Shown: positions 26,750-38,430 of the stretch, one piece after another | Numbering within the stretch: the stretch's first letter is position 1 | How the letters are laid out: each line of letters opens with the position of its first letter | NCBI GenBank assembly: GCA_002633005.1 | Contig: NMRA01001072.1 | Span: forward strand, 1-60,077 | Direction of reading: 5' to 3' | DNA from: Phoronis australis | Taxonomy: Eukaryota > Animalia > Phoronida | DNA length: 60,077 nt | The notes under the pieces: model-generated | The model's input: the letters and a program-made list of their open reading frames with translations, nothing else | Databases searched by the model: none | Told to the model about the DNA's origin: nothing | Made by a program: the position numbers and the translations under genes

Positions 26750-29140
26750 GTATTGTTCTAAAATTCTCTCGACCCCCACACCTCTCGACCCACGAACCCC
26801 TAGCCGACAAGACCATCAACCTATTGCCCCTTGACGTTCGACTTCCTCGACCCACGAGTTGTTTCAATAGAGGTATTTTGGTTTTTTGTACAAATTTCAT
26901 AATCTTAATATTATGTCGCCAAGTGACTCCATTAACTGCAGTAACGTGCTTGAACAGAGGTTGACCATCATTGCCCTCGTAGATTTTAGAGAAAATAAAA
27001 ACAAAAGAAAAAGACATTAAAGTCCTTGTTGCAAACTGCCCATGTGGTTCCAGTATCCGAAAATACTTACTACATAAATTCTTATTTTCGACACCCTTTC
27101 TTTATATTCTTTTCGCCTTTCTTGCCAAAAGCGATTTTGTAACAGTATTTGACCCTTCTCTCTGAGCGTATGATTACCGGTTGTCATCGGTTATTTCCGT
27201 ACCCACATTTCCGGCTCATCAGTTCAGGAACTTGTCCTGAACGCCGCCATTTTTTCCTTGTAACTGAATGTGCTATGGCTTGCTCGAAAAGTCTTCATTA
27301 TTTTGTTTTATTAGTAATATATCGTGATTCGTTTGCATATGTAGNNNNNNNNNNNNNNNNNNNNNNNNNNNNNNNNNNNNNNNNNNNNNNNNNNNNNNNN
27401 NNNNNNNNNNNNNNNNNNNNNNNNNNNNNNNNNNNNNNNNNNNNNNNNNNNNNNNNNNNNNNNNNNNNNNNNNNNNNNNNNNNNNNNNNNNNNNNNNNNN
27501 NNNNNNNNNNNNNNNNNNNNNNNNNNNNNNNNNNNNNNNNNNNNNNNNNNNNNNNNNNNNNNNNNNNNNNNNNNNNNNNNNNNNNNNNNNNNNNNNNNNN
27601 NNNNNNNNNNNNNNNNNNNNNNNNNNNNNNNNNNNNNNNNNNNNNNNNNNNNNNNNNNNNNNNNNNNNNNNNNNNNNNNNNNNNNNNNNNNNNNNNNNNN
27701 NNNNNNNNNNNNNNNNNNNNNNNNNNNNNNNNNNNNNNNNNNNNNNNNNNNNNNNNNNNNNNNNNNNNNNNNNNNNNNNNNNNNNNNNNNNNNNNNNNNN
27801 NNNNNNNNNNNNNNNNNNNNNNNNNNNNNNNNNNNNNNNNNNNNNNNNNNNNNNNNNNNNNNNNNNNNNNNNNNNNNNNNCAAAACAGCTTGCAACCGCA
27901 TGCATTTACCGTTCGCCAGTGTCTGGTCTCGATCCGCACCGGGTCCGATAGGCTGCGGTCCCGAGTCTGGCAAAATAATTTCTGTCAAAATTTATTCGCC
28001 ACATTTCTTCAGCAAATTCCACAAAATTGTCCGTAGTTTGATTTTATCAAAATTAAGGCGATTTTTTATCCCCGTTTGCTGGCTGGTAACAGTACAGGCA
28101 CTGCTCCAGTCGCACTGCGTGCGTTTTCTCGGCCTGGGTTCCTGAATGAATTGTACTTCCGGGTTCGCGGCAAGTTCAAAATGGCGGTGTTTCTTCGGGT
28201 GCGAATCGTGAGTGGGCGCGTTCATTTAAACTGTTTTCGAGTACGGATCGTGTATTAGTTATGGGGTAGGTACTTCTTGGATCCTTATAGCATCTTCTAA
28301 CCAAGTAATAAGGGTTAACAACGCGTGAGACAAGGACTTTAAAGTAACAAAATCGAAGACTTTCATAAAAAAAGCTCCGAACAACTGTTGAAGTGTTGTC
28401 TGAGATAAAATCAGTGTAATTCTGAGTTAAAAGTTGGACATATCGATTAGGATTCATGTTTCGTTGTTTTCAAATTTGTCTCTTTATTGTAATTATTCAG
28501 CGTCAGGCATGTTACTGTTGTTAAAGGTGTTTAATGAATTTGCACCTTTTGGGGCTATAGTCTCCATTTATTCCAGTGCTGTGCAACCCATGGCCATGTA
28601 TTGATGTAATGAATTCGAATTTTTGAGGTTTGTTGCATTAGTCATTGTTACAGTGCACGAACATAACAGTGTACCCAGTGGCTCCGCACAGCAGGTCTCG
28701 TGCAGACAGAGCTCGTGCCAACTTTTTCGGCCAGCTGTAGTGGCGTTATGATCCACCAAACTGGAAAATATTTCGTGATTCTTGTTCATCATCGGCGTTC
28801 CTGTCCTGCTAGGAGACGAAAGGAGCACCAGCATGTTTTCGGTGCTTCGGTGGTCCGTCTGCAGTTTCTCTCAGAAAAGGTGCGCTGTTCCTCGTTTGAT
28901 TATTATACGCCTTGTTTAATTGGTGTGTTTGAAATGTGTGGCTGTCCGCTGCTCGTTGTGTAGGTTTTTACAGCTGTATGTACACAGCGAAGCCGAATGT
29001 GAGTCGATAACCTGACGGAGCCGGACCCGGCTTTGGGTAATGTAAGCGATGGGTCGAGGGGGTTGTGGGTTGAGCGGGTCGTGGGCCGAGGGGATCGTGG
29101 GTCTAGGGGTGTGGAGTATAGAGGAGGTGTAGAACAATCC
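26750..29140. mobile_element. Longer member of the same MULE-like family (gapped)
   Basis: TIR GTATTGTTCTA / TAGAACAATCC, CTCGACCC repeats on the left and GGGTCG repeats on the right, and 9-bp flanks GTTTTGTGA / GTTTAGAGA. It is absent from copy A. Confidence 0.65.
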
Positions 29141-32100
29141 GTTTAGAGAACATGACGTGGAAACTTTCAGGTTGTAAAGAACTGTGGTCACTGGTTCTAA
29201 TGAAATATTTTGTAAATTTGAGATTTGATGAAACGTGGTAACATGTATCAACATTTGTAGGCCTATTCACCGACGATTGTTCTCAGGTCAATTGGAAGCT
29301 TACAGCGAAGCATTAGCTGGGTTTGATGTTGATGTTGATGTTGTTACACACAGCAGTGCACTACAAACAATGTAATTATCATGAAGCAATAACGTAGTAT
29401 ACTTTCAGTTCCAAAAACTANNNNNNNNNNNNNGGGGGAGAGTCTTGCCTGACGAAAACACGGCGATGCAGGCGAAATCTGGAGGGAAAATTTTCATCGA
29501 CAACATTGGATATGGAGCAGTCTCACTTTAGCAAACAATCCGCATTTTCGAACAACCTCAGCTGTCTGTTGCCTTTTACTGCAAAATGCACCTAATTTGT
29601 GGCTTATTTCGATAACCACCAGCGCCCCCAATTGATGAATACTGAACTAAAAAATACGAGAACCATGAAAGTGTCCTGGCTGTAAATGGAATTATATTAG
29701 GTAATGTAAGTCACGTCAAAATCGTCTATACACTGTAAACTTTGTCGAGAACGTCTAGAATAAGATCGAGTACACTGCTCAGGTACACTGTACTGTATAC
29801 CGATACCGTAGATGCAACGAGTCAAAATGGAATAAACCAAATGAAGACAATTCCTTCATGTACATGTAAACTGGCAGTAAACTAAGTTCCCTCTGGTAAT
29901 GATTACCCAACGTTGTCATGCAAACCGCTTTCTAGTGTTTGTTTGTATATACCACCATAGTTTGAATGTAACACAGGTTTTCATTGGAGACTCCATGCTT
30001 AAATGGGGATTGTTCAAAGCCCATGCAAGTAGTATCGGACTCCAAGTTTAAACTGACCTTTATTCTTTCATTAGTGACTTCAAAGGTTATTTTCACATTT
30101 TGTGTTATGCTACACTGTAATTTTGTCATTCATTCTGGTTTCAAGACATGGTAATTCGTTACTGTTTTCTGTATATAATCTTTAGGCTTGCATGAGTTGA
30201 TCTTTGTAGTATATTTAATTGTGCTGCCGGGATTACTCCATATTTCAACTATTTTTGAAAACAAGGCGAAACTTGCTGGTTCGTGATTTGTCATCGATAA
30301 ACTGTTTTTGACTATTGAAAATGTGAGCTAGTCTACATATGTGTGTGTTATCAACTGTTGTTTTGTTCTTGTACCTAGGTATATGCTCACGTTTGTGAAG
30401 TGTGGATGGCAAAGTTCAAAAGTGTAAACTGTTTTATTACAAAAGTGAACAAATTTTCTATGAATTGAAGGCACTGAAGCACACACAGTTCTATTGGTAG
30501 TAAGCAATAATATACACTATACTCATTTTGTTGAAACGGATTTTAAAATAATGTCTAGTCAGTGGGGGTCTTGGGTCTTTTTGAGCCCTGTTATTTCTAA
30601 TTCTGAAGAGATTTTGATGAACAATGACGTTGACTATGAAATTAAGTCAGAGAAATGAGAACCATGCAGCGAATTTGATAGATATCGAAGTATTTACTGA
30701 GAAAAAAAAATTATCCTTGAGGGGCTGGATAAATTCACTTCAGATTTTTACGGCGACATATAGATACCCTGTAACCTTATTTCAGAATTTAATTCAGTAA
30801 TGGTAGTTATTTGTGGAAAGTGGAATTTGGTTCAGAACTATGAACTACATGTTGATTGCTGCAACTAACCATACCAGAATATCCCCCGGGCAATTGTTGA
30901 CATTCTCTAGACAATGGATAAGATTTTTTGGCGCCATTGAGTACCAGATTTGAAAATGGATTTATGTCCAACTTCCTTTTCTCTTAATCACAGTAGAACC
31001 GACCTAAATTTGTCAAAGTGAACTGGCGGAAATGGAAACTTCACGATTCACTGAACCAGGATTAATTTAAGTGTTTTTGGAAGAATCGTTAAAAATCTGT
31101 CTAGTTTTGGACTTTTGTTTGGAGAGGGAAGGACTGTGCCTATACTGGGATATACAAAATTTGGTGTAAAATGGTCGCTGTGTTTCAGTACCTTTAAGCT
31201 CATGCTTCTAGTGATGCTTGGATGTTGAATGTTTTTTGCTTTCCCCTTTTTATCTGAACCTGTTGTGATTTTTGGGACATAAACACTAGGACTCACGCAA
31301 ATGATATTTTGATTAAGACTTCTTGATTTAATGTTGACAGGACTGTTAGTGTGACCTACTGTTCTCCCCTGGGCTCTGGACATCAAGGACTGTTGAAAAA
31401 ATATGTTAAAGCGTAGTTGGCACAAAAAGGTCTGTTAATAATTGACATTATTTTGGTAGAGCATAACAATAGCAGGCCCCTGGTCGCGTTCAGGAGTCTG
31501 TTTCGCTACAATTTTATCTGCGTTAGTTGACAGTGGAGTACCGCATGGGTGTCTCTTGGCGTAGAGTTTACCTGTTTGTAATGATGATGAGGGGTCTTTT
31601 TGTATTCACAATTTACTGATTTACCAAATTTTATTTCAATTCATTATCAATGAAAGCAGCCAATTCCGCTAAGGAAAGTCACTTTAAGCTAAAAACTAAC
31701 TTTAATTTAAGCCACAGAAGCCTTCATACAGCCGTATCTTAACTGTTCCACGTGTCAATGTAATAATCCAAAAAGTTTTTTTCGGTCACGTGGCAAGAAA
31801 ATATTGTCCACGAAAGAGTGTTGGGTTAAAAATGTTCATCTGTTGCCTTTCAACCCCTTGAAAATATTTCAACAGAGCATAAACATCTCCCAATAACATT
31901 ACCCGTACATTAACAGGAGTGGTTTAACATAATGTGTATTGCGCTGTTGTCTCTAATAGTTCGTACACTAATATACGAACTATTTTTCCCTTGAGAGCTT
32001 TGCGTCCCAATTAATAGCGACAAAATTGGTCGTGCAAGCTATTAGAGATAAAAGTCGAGCGTTCGAATTATTTGAAATGCAGATCGACGACGATAACAAT

Positions 32101-32697
32101 GAGTGCAACAACGGTCTCCGAAACGATGGTTTGGCAATGTAAAATATGTTACAACAAGTAAATTAGTTTCCCAGGTGATGGATTTACTTCGAAATATAAT
32201 TTTTGAACTCTTAGTCACTGCATTTTCTTCCCATGTTCGCAAAGTTCAACACTCGAAAGTATTACACATATATCAGTATATGCAGAGAAACCCATACATT
32301 TTGTACAAATTGTGTGGTACAATAATTTTCTTTATCATGCTATGTTATTTTAGGCAACATCCGATTGCCTTACGAAATTGAAATTGAGAAACTTAAAGCG
32401 ACATGGTTAGTAGAATCAATTTTTCTGTACCTGTAAAACAAATATTGGAGATTATCAAAAACTTTAGGAATTCGGATGCACTAGGCGTGGTTAGTATTGG
32501 ATTATTGTTCCAGTGTCTGGAAAATCCGTGTATTTTCGTTTCCTGTGCAGTCGAAGAAGGTTTGGTAAACTGGCTTAATGTCCTCCAATTTGTGTCTAAA
32601 TATGTCACTGTCAAAGAAAAACCCTTATATCAATATGTATGAGCTAATAACATGAACGCGGTAATCCTTACTTTTAGGTACTTGTCGTTCTTTTCAG

Positions 32698-32793
32698 ATT
32701 TTAAGAGCCATCGAACATGACGACTTTCCTCAGCCTACTGTAATGGACTTCATAGTACATGGTTGGGACATCGACCAGCCACTGGACGAGGAG
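32698..32793 (+). CDS. Ankyrin-repeat gene exon 2B (ILRAIEHDDFPQPTVMDFIVHGWDIDQPLDEE), paralogue of exon 2A
   Basis: TTTTCAG acceptor, 96 nt open, GAG|GTAAGT donor, phase 0-0. It shares 82/96 nt with exon 2A. Confidence 0.75.
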
Positions 32794-33160
32794 GTAAGTA
32801 TAAGTATGCACACATGAGCAATCCGCCGATCTGAAGCAAGCCGTGAAAACAACGTTCTTATGCAGCTGTTGCGTTTTAAGTTAAAAGCCTCTCTGTTGAA
32901 TATTGTGTGTGTTAAAAATTTACACACCTATTAAGATCAGTCGATTACGTCAGTTTATGGTCTGTTGGCTGCAGTTAAAGTTTCAAATTCATACACGATT
33001 GTTTGTTTTGGCTGTCACGTGCATGAAACGGCCTTCATTTTCTTGACGTGCGTCGGCACTAACATCAAGATGGTTGTCACTTAAATAACGTAAACAATAA
33101 ATCTGAATCTAAATAAGGCGATCCAAATCCTCCCAAGGATACTGTTTCACGAAATGTAGA

Positions 33161-36100
33161 ATATAAATAGGCAAATATAACAACAAGAATGGATCAACTG
33201 AAATTTTCGGATGTAATAACGTCTTTTGTCAACAAAAACAGAAATAAATTGAAATCAAACGCTATATGACAATTGACATTTAAGTACTCGTCCACGAGAG
33301 CACCAGCCATGAGCGGCAAGGTGGGGGTCAGCCGATTTTCACCAAATTTGGCACATAGGTAGTCCTATGGGATCTATAAACAGCGGTAAAATATTTCCTC
33401 AAAATATTGCGTTTTTCTAAAGTTATAGGCTCAAACACATTTTACGGCTTCGCAGCCATGTTTTCACGATATAAAAACTGTCCAATTTTAACTGTTCATA
33501 TTTTTCCTTGAATGAAAGCTATTGATTTATTATTCACTGGGCATTGTTTAGTGGTGCCTGTAGATTGTTACACAGATGTCTTGAAACACGATTCCGTTTT
33601 ACCACCCTCATTTAGTAGTTTTACTACACTCCCCCCGGTTATGCCATTTTGAGGTTGTGTTCAGTACAGTGCTGTACCAAATCTGCCCCCACTGCTATGA
33701 GAATGAAACTTAGCCAAAATGTTGACAAAACATGTTACTTTCATTTCATAAAATAAAAACTTTGTCAGCCAGTTTATTAGTTATATATTTTGGCACCTCA
33801 AATTTACTAAAATGAGAAATTTTCATATAACCGAAATCGATGCGTGAGCACCGTAAAATCCGATTGTCCTTCATGTTTTTCGATATTTTGCAACAAGTTA
33901 GTTCCTCCTGAATGTTTTGAACGTTTTACTACTGATCACTTAGGGCTATAGTACCCCTAAGTACCATACATGGCTCCATTTTGTAAAAAGCCGATTATGT
34001 CCTCCACAGTGAACAGGGTTAGACATGAACTCGACAAATGTAGGTTACATGTATTTTGATTTACAGTTGTTTTACTTTGCAATTTCCTCATAGGTATTTC
34101 TTCACACATATTCAAGTCAGATTTTCTGTTGATCAAATATTCATGTAATGCATTGTAATATCAAATGAATGATAAGTTAGGTTGCATGACCGCAATTTTT
34201 CCCACGACTTAAAACAAAAGACCGCAGAAATTTTCCCGACGAAATACCGGGTTTGCAGTTCTGTAAAAACATTCAAATGACAAGACAAACTCCACCACTG
34301 TCCATGGCAACTCGTCGCATGTTTTTCGCCCATCGGTCCTATCATTGTTTTCCTTTGTTGTGTCATTGTTAGATGTAACAACACAGGTCGCATGGATATA
34401 CATGTAGAACCTTGCGTACATCAGACCGTTGCCGATAAGTGCTCGTCACTATATCTTTATTATAACAACGGAAACAATGAAGATGCTAATGTATTGTTCT
34501 CTATGCGACCAGGTTTCCCGTGGATGACCACAGAAGAGGAATCCCAAAGTATCCACAAACAATGACCACGCGCCTTAGTAACTATTACCGCGCACACGAA
34601 TCCTTTCCGTGGAGCCTGAACACCAAATTTTTATATCCGTGTATTGTGTTATATTGCTCATGATACGGGTTCAGACTCTGTTGTATTAAGATTCCAATCC
34701 CCAACCCTGTAATATGTATTTTGAGTAAAATTTCTAGACAATGCAGGTTTATGGATTTATTCTCCTTCAAATGAAGAGTAATAATCAAATTCTGCACAGG
34801 TTTTTTAAAAGTAATCACTTATTGGAAGATCACACATCTAAAAAATAAAACAATGTTTGACAATTTTATTCATTATCTTATTTGAAAATTGCCTACCTGA
34901 CAGACAACTCATCTAAGTTGAAAATATTCCTTGTGAAAAAAATATAAAATACCAACCAGAGACTCGCGTACAACAAAATATGTTTTCGTAATACAATGCA
35001 AAGATAACTGTGCAGTCAAAAGTGCAAATGTTATGACTCTAATAAAAAACTGCCTTCTAGATCTTTTCAACACTCTAATTGCTACAGGACAGAGTCAACC
35101 ACACAAAGCTCATGAAGTCAGGGAATTACATTTAAGGTGATGTAGTTTCACTGCGAAAAAGTGATTTCGCAATATCGCTGACAACACTGGAAATCTCAGT
35201 CTTCTTCACAAACTTGAGGTAGCTGTATTTACCACATCAATGTTCTTATCAAAACTAACCACCACAAAATGAAAAATTGGCTTGTTGGTTCCAATTAGCC
35301 AGCATTTTACAAAGAAATGGTCATGAAAAATACTTTTGCAACACAGTTTGCATTACAATTGCCCTACGATTACAGTTGTACATACATACTAGACCCAGTA
35401 ACAAAATTACCCATGGGAACCATAAAATGGTCAATTCGCCAAAAACACAAGGAGCCACCAGAGCTAATGTGCCACTACTTTTTAGTACTACAACAAAAAA
35501 TCATTTGAAGTGGACATAAACTCGCCTAAAATCACATAAAACAACTTTTGATTTAGACATTTTACCATCACGAAATAGGTATTACTTCCAGGTCACTTTG
35601 AGCAATTTCAGAACTTTGAAAGATTTGGCGATATGCAATTGCTACCACACTAATAATGTGCGATTTTATACACACAGCATGGTCTCAAGGAATAGCAAAC
35701 TGTCAATTCGCTACAATTCCAGAAATCACTTCCCATCTGGATAAGGAACAAACTGAGCAAAGGTTATAGAGGTGAATGGTCTAAATCAAAACTTATTACC
35801 TCCTGGACAGAATATGGGTTTACAACCCAGGCAGATAGATAAGTTAACAAAACCAGCCTAACTGCAACAGGGTCTCAAATTTTAGTAATATATACCCATT
35901 TACAAACAAAAATCTACAATGGTAAATAAAATGCGGAAACATAAATTCAGATCAATTACGCATCTTCAAAGAAAAGGAATAGTACAGAGGTCAGAAATCA
36001 TCTAAATGTGATGGCGACACTGAGTAATCCTGTCAGACCAAAAAATCCAGTGGCTAAACAAAATGAACAATGTACCATTACCATGTGGCCCAGGATCATA

Positions 36101-38430
36101 ATCCGTGCCTGGACAAAAACTCAGTCTTAGACTAGGTAAATTTTAGACTTGTGCTGTTCACACAAGCAGTTCTGGTGCAAACAAAGCTTGCGACAACACA
36201 CAAGCCTACTTCCCTACACAGCTGTGCTGATACAATAATGCCCCCACTGGATTTAGCAGATCAGCCAGAGTATTTACAGGTCCAGCCACTGTACTGTTTC
36301 CTCCCATTGAATTTTTACAATGCTACATCCTTGACAATCGCAGATTGCCTCTTTCTATGCATACTCCACTTCCTCTGTCCCAGTTTCCCCACATTTGTTG
36401 AGAGTGGCCTATCTCAACAAATTACTTTGGACCTGTTGTGGTATAAGCCAGTAATCTTTGGCAAATGCTTTTTCCCCAACTTGTTCCTCAAGCTACAAAT
36501 TCTCTTTTACATATCTTCTGGGAGTAGACTTTCCGGCCTCTCTCTAGCCCCCTCACTTAGTTGTCCAGAAGGGTATCTTCTCGCTGGTTGTGAAATTTTC
36601 CATACCCAACCTTTACTAATAATCGGCAAGTCTCCAACTTCAGCAGAAGCCACTTCTTCAGCATAAGCCTTTCCTGATTCCTAAAATTGTATTAATGAAA
36701 AATTAAACATATTAAATTTAATGTGGCCATTTCGGCTCACAAAATATGAATACCAAGCTAAAATAAGTGAAGGGACCAATATTTTTGACGGCTTTAGCAT
36801 GTTTAATTAACTTCACAATCGCAGAAAATCATTGGTAGACAAAACATACTCCCTAGTCTCTAAAAGTATTTCATGGGCAGAAGTCATGTTACACATTTGG
36901 TGGTTGTTATGAAAAGTTATGATGACAACCTTATTTTCTATGCCATTGTATACATGTAGTTGCATAAACATCAACACATTTGGATAAGATATGATTAAGC
37001 AATAAGGCCAAAGCTATAAGCAATCACTTTGTGTCAATAAAAGTATTTTTGCATGAATGACGGGCTTCTAAAAATATTCCTCAGGGTCAGACCCTGGAGT
37101 TTAGTGATTCCTACCTGAGCTCACACGAAGCAGGACGTTGAACCTTGGCTTTAAACGTCTTTGGTAATTTTTCAGACCTCTATCAGATTTCTCCTCTAGT
37201 GTGCAGTGAATGTTCTAAGTGTCTTTGGCGACGCCAACATATCTCGAGTGTTGTAACGATGATTCGGGCAAGTGAACCTAATACGGTAGATTATGTAGCT
37301 CCTGCTGCACACAGTGCCTCCGAGGCAGACACTGAGACAGACTACTCAGGAGGACACGTTCCACCTCCACATCAGCTCCACGTACTCTTATAAGGTGCTC
37401 AAATGTCTCGCTCTATACCTTGTGTATTTCCCTAGAGTTTCCAAAGTTGTTTCTCCCCGCAATTTGTAGAAATACCACATTCGATGCGACTGGCAGTGCC
37501 AGATAAATAGATAAATTCGCAAACCCGCACTTCAGGTCAGCCATCATTCAACTAACGCATTGTAAGCTTTAGTTTGGTATTCAGACGAATTGGATGAACA
37601 AATTTAGTATAATTTCATTATTTATTGGGAAATGCTAGTGTCCGTAAAATTAATTAAAAACATTTAAGCAAACCAATTGTTTTAATTTTTGTTTTATACC
37701 ACGGCATATTAATGCGTAGAAACGGCGCACAAGTAGTGACTGGTTTAACATGACAAATACACACACGCGGTCTGAAAATAGTGAAATTCAGACACCTATT
37801 ACTAAGCCTGCCTGAAGGGCTGACAAAGTTTTTATTGTATTAATTTCAAGGGCATGGTGTCTTCTACATGTCCATGTTATTATTTTTAGTTTTCTTGCGG
37901 GGGCAGCTTCGCTATTAGGGTACAGCTTACTGCTGGTTTTTCACAAGACGGAAATGTACCTCCACGGAAACAGTTGCAGTGTTACCATGGTAACCGATAT
38001 TGCAATGTCGGTGCCGTTTTTACTTACATTGGTCACGAACCTATCATGTGATATCAAAATTGTTCAGAAACGACTCTGTTTGAAGCAGAAATTGGAGTAG
38101 AACATTTGGTCAAAAATGACTCATTGCACAGCAAGAAATTGCCTCATTTTGCCCCCAAGAACACTTCCCATGTATCTCCTAAACCACCAAACTTTGTGGT
38201 GTCATACTTCACCCATTTTCTCTCATCCCTAATGTGATTTATCAGCCTAATTATGGATCTTAATGGTTGACCCCCCACCTTGCCGCTTGTTGGCTGTACA
38301 GTGGTCGGTGGATCCGTGGACTGATACTTAATTTGATTTTACTTTATTTCCGTTTCTGTTGACACAGGACGTTATTACATCCCAAAATTTCTGTTGATTC
38401 ATTCTTGTTGTTTTATTTATCTATTTATAT
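33161..38430. repeat. Outer ~100-bp inverted repeats (33161-33259 / 38332-38430) flanking the Sola3-like element
   Basis: ATATAAATAG..CAACAAGAATG.ATCAAC.GAAATTTT.GGATGTAATAACGTC..TGTCAACA is mirrored at the right end. The whole block is absent from copy A. Confidence 0.75.
33284..38327 (-). mobile_element. Degenerate Sola3-type DNA transposon
   Basis: TTAA on both sides (33280-83, 38328-31), and TIRs GTACTCGTCCACG / GTATCAGTCCACG extending to GCGGCAAGGTGGGG. The minus-strand relic at ~36410-36680 reads ISKGWVWK..RRY..PEDM*KRICSLRNKLG-(fs)-FAKDYWLIPQQVQS, resembling the GWALK..QQI.SFFSR C-terminus of Sola3 transposases. Confidence 0.7.

Noticed and set aside
28680-28760. Minus-strand TPLQLAEKVG as an inverted ankyrin cassette
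   Set aside because: The similarity stops after ten residues, there is no 99-nt exon structure, and it lies inside a transposon.
36151-36666. 171-aa + strand ORF
   Set aside because: It is the antisense shadow of the minus-strand Sola3 transposase relic.
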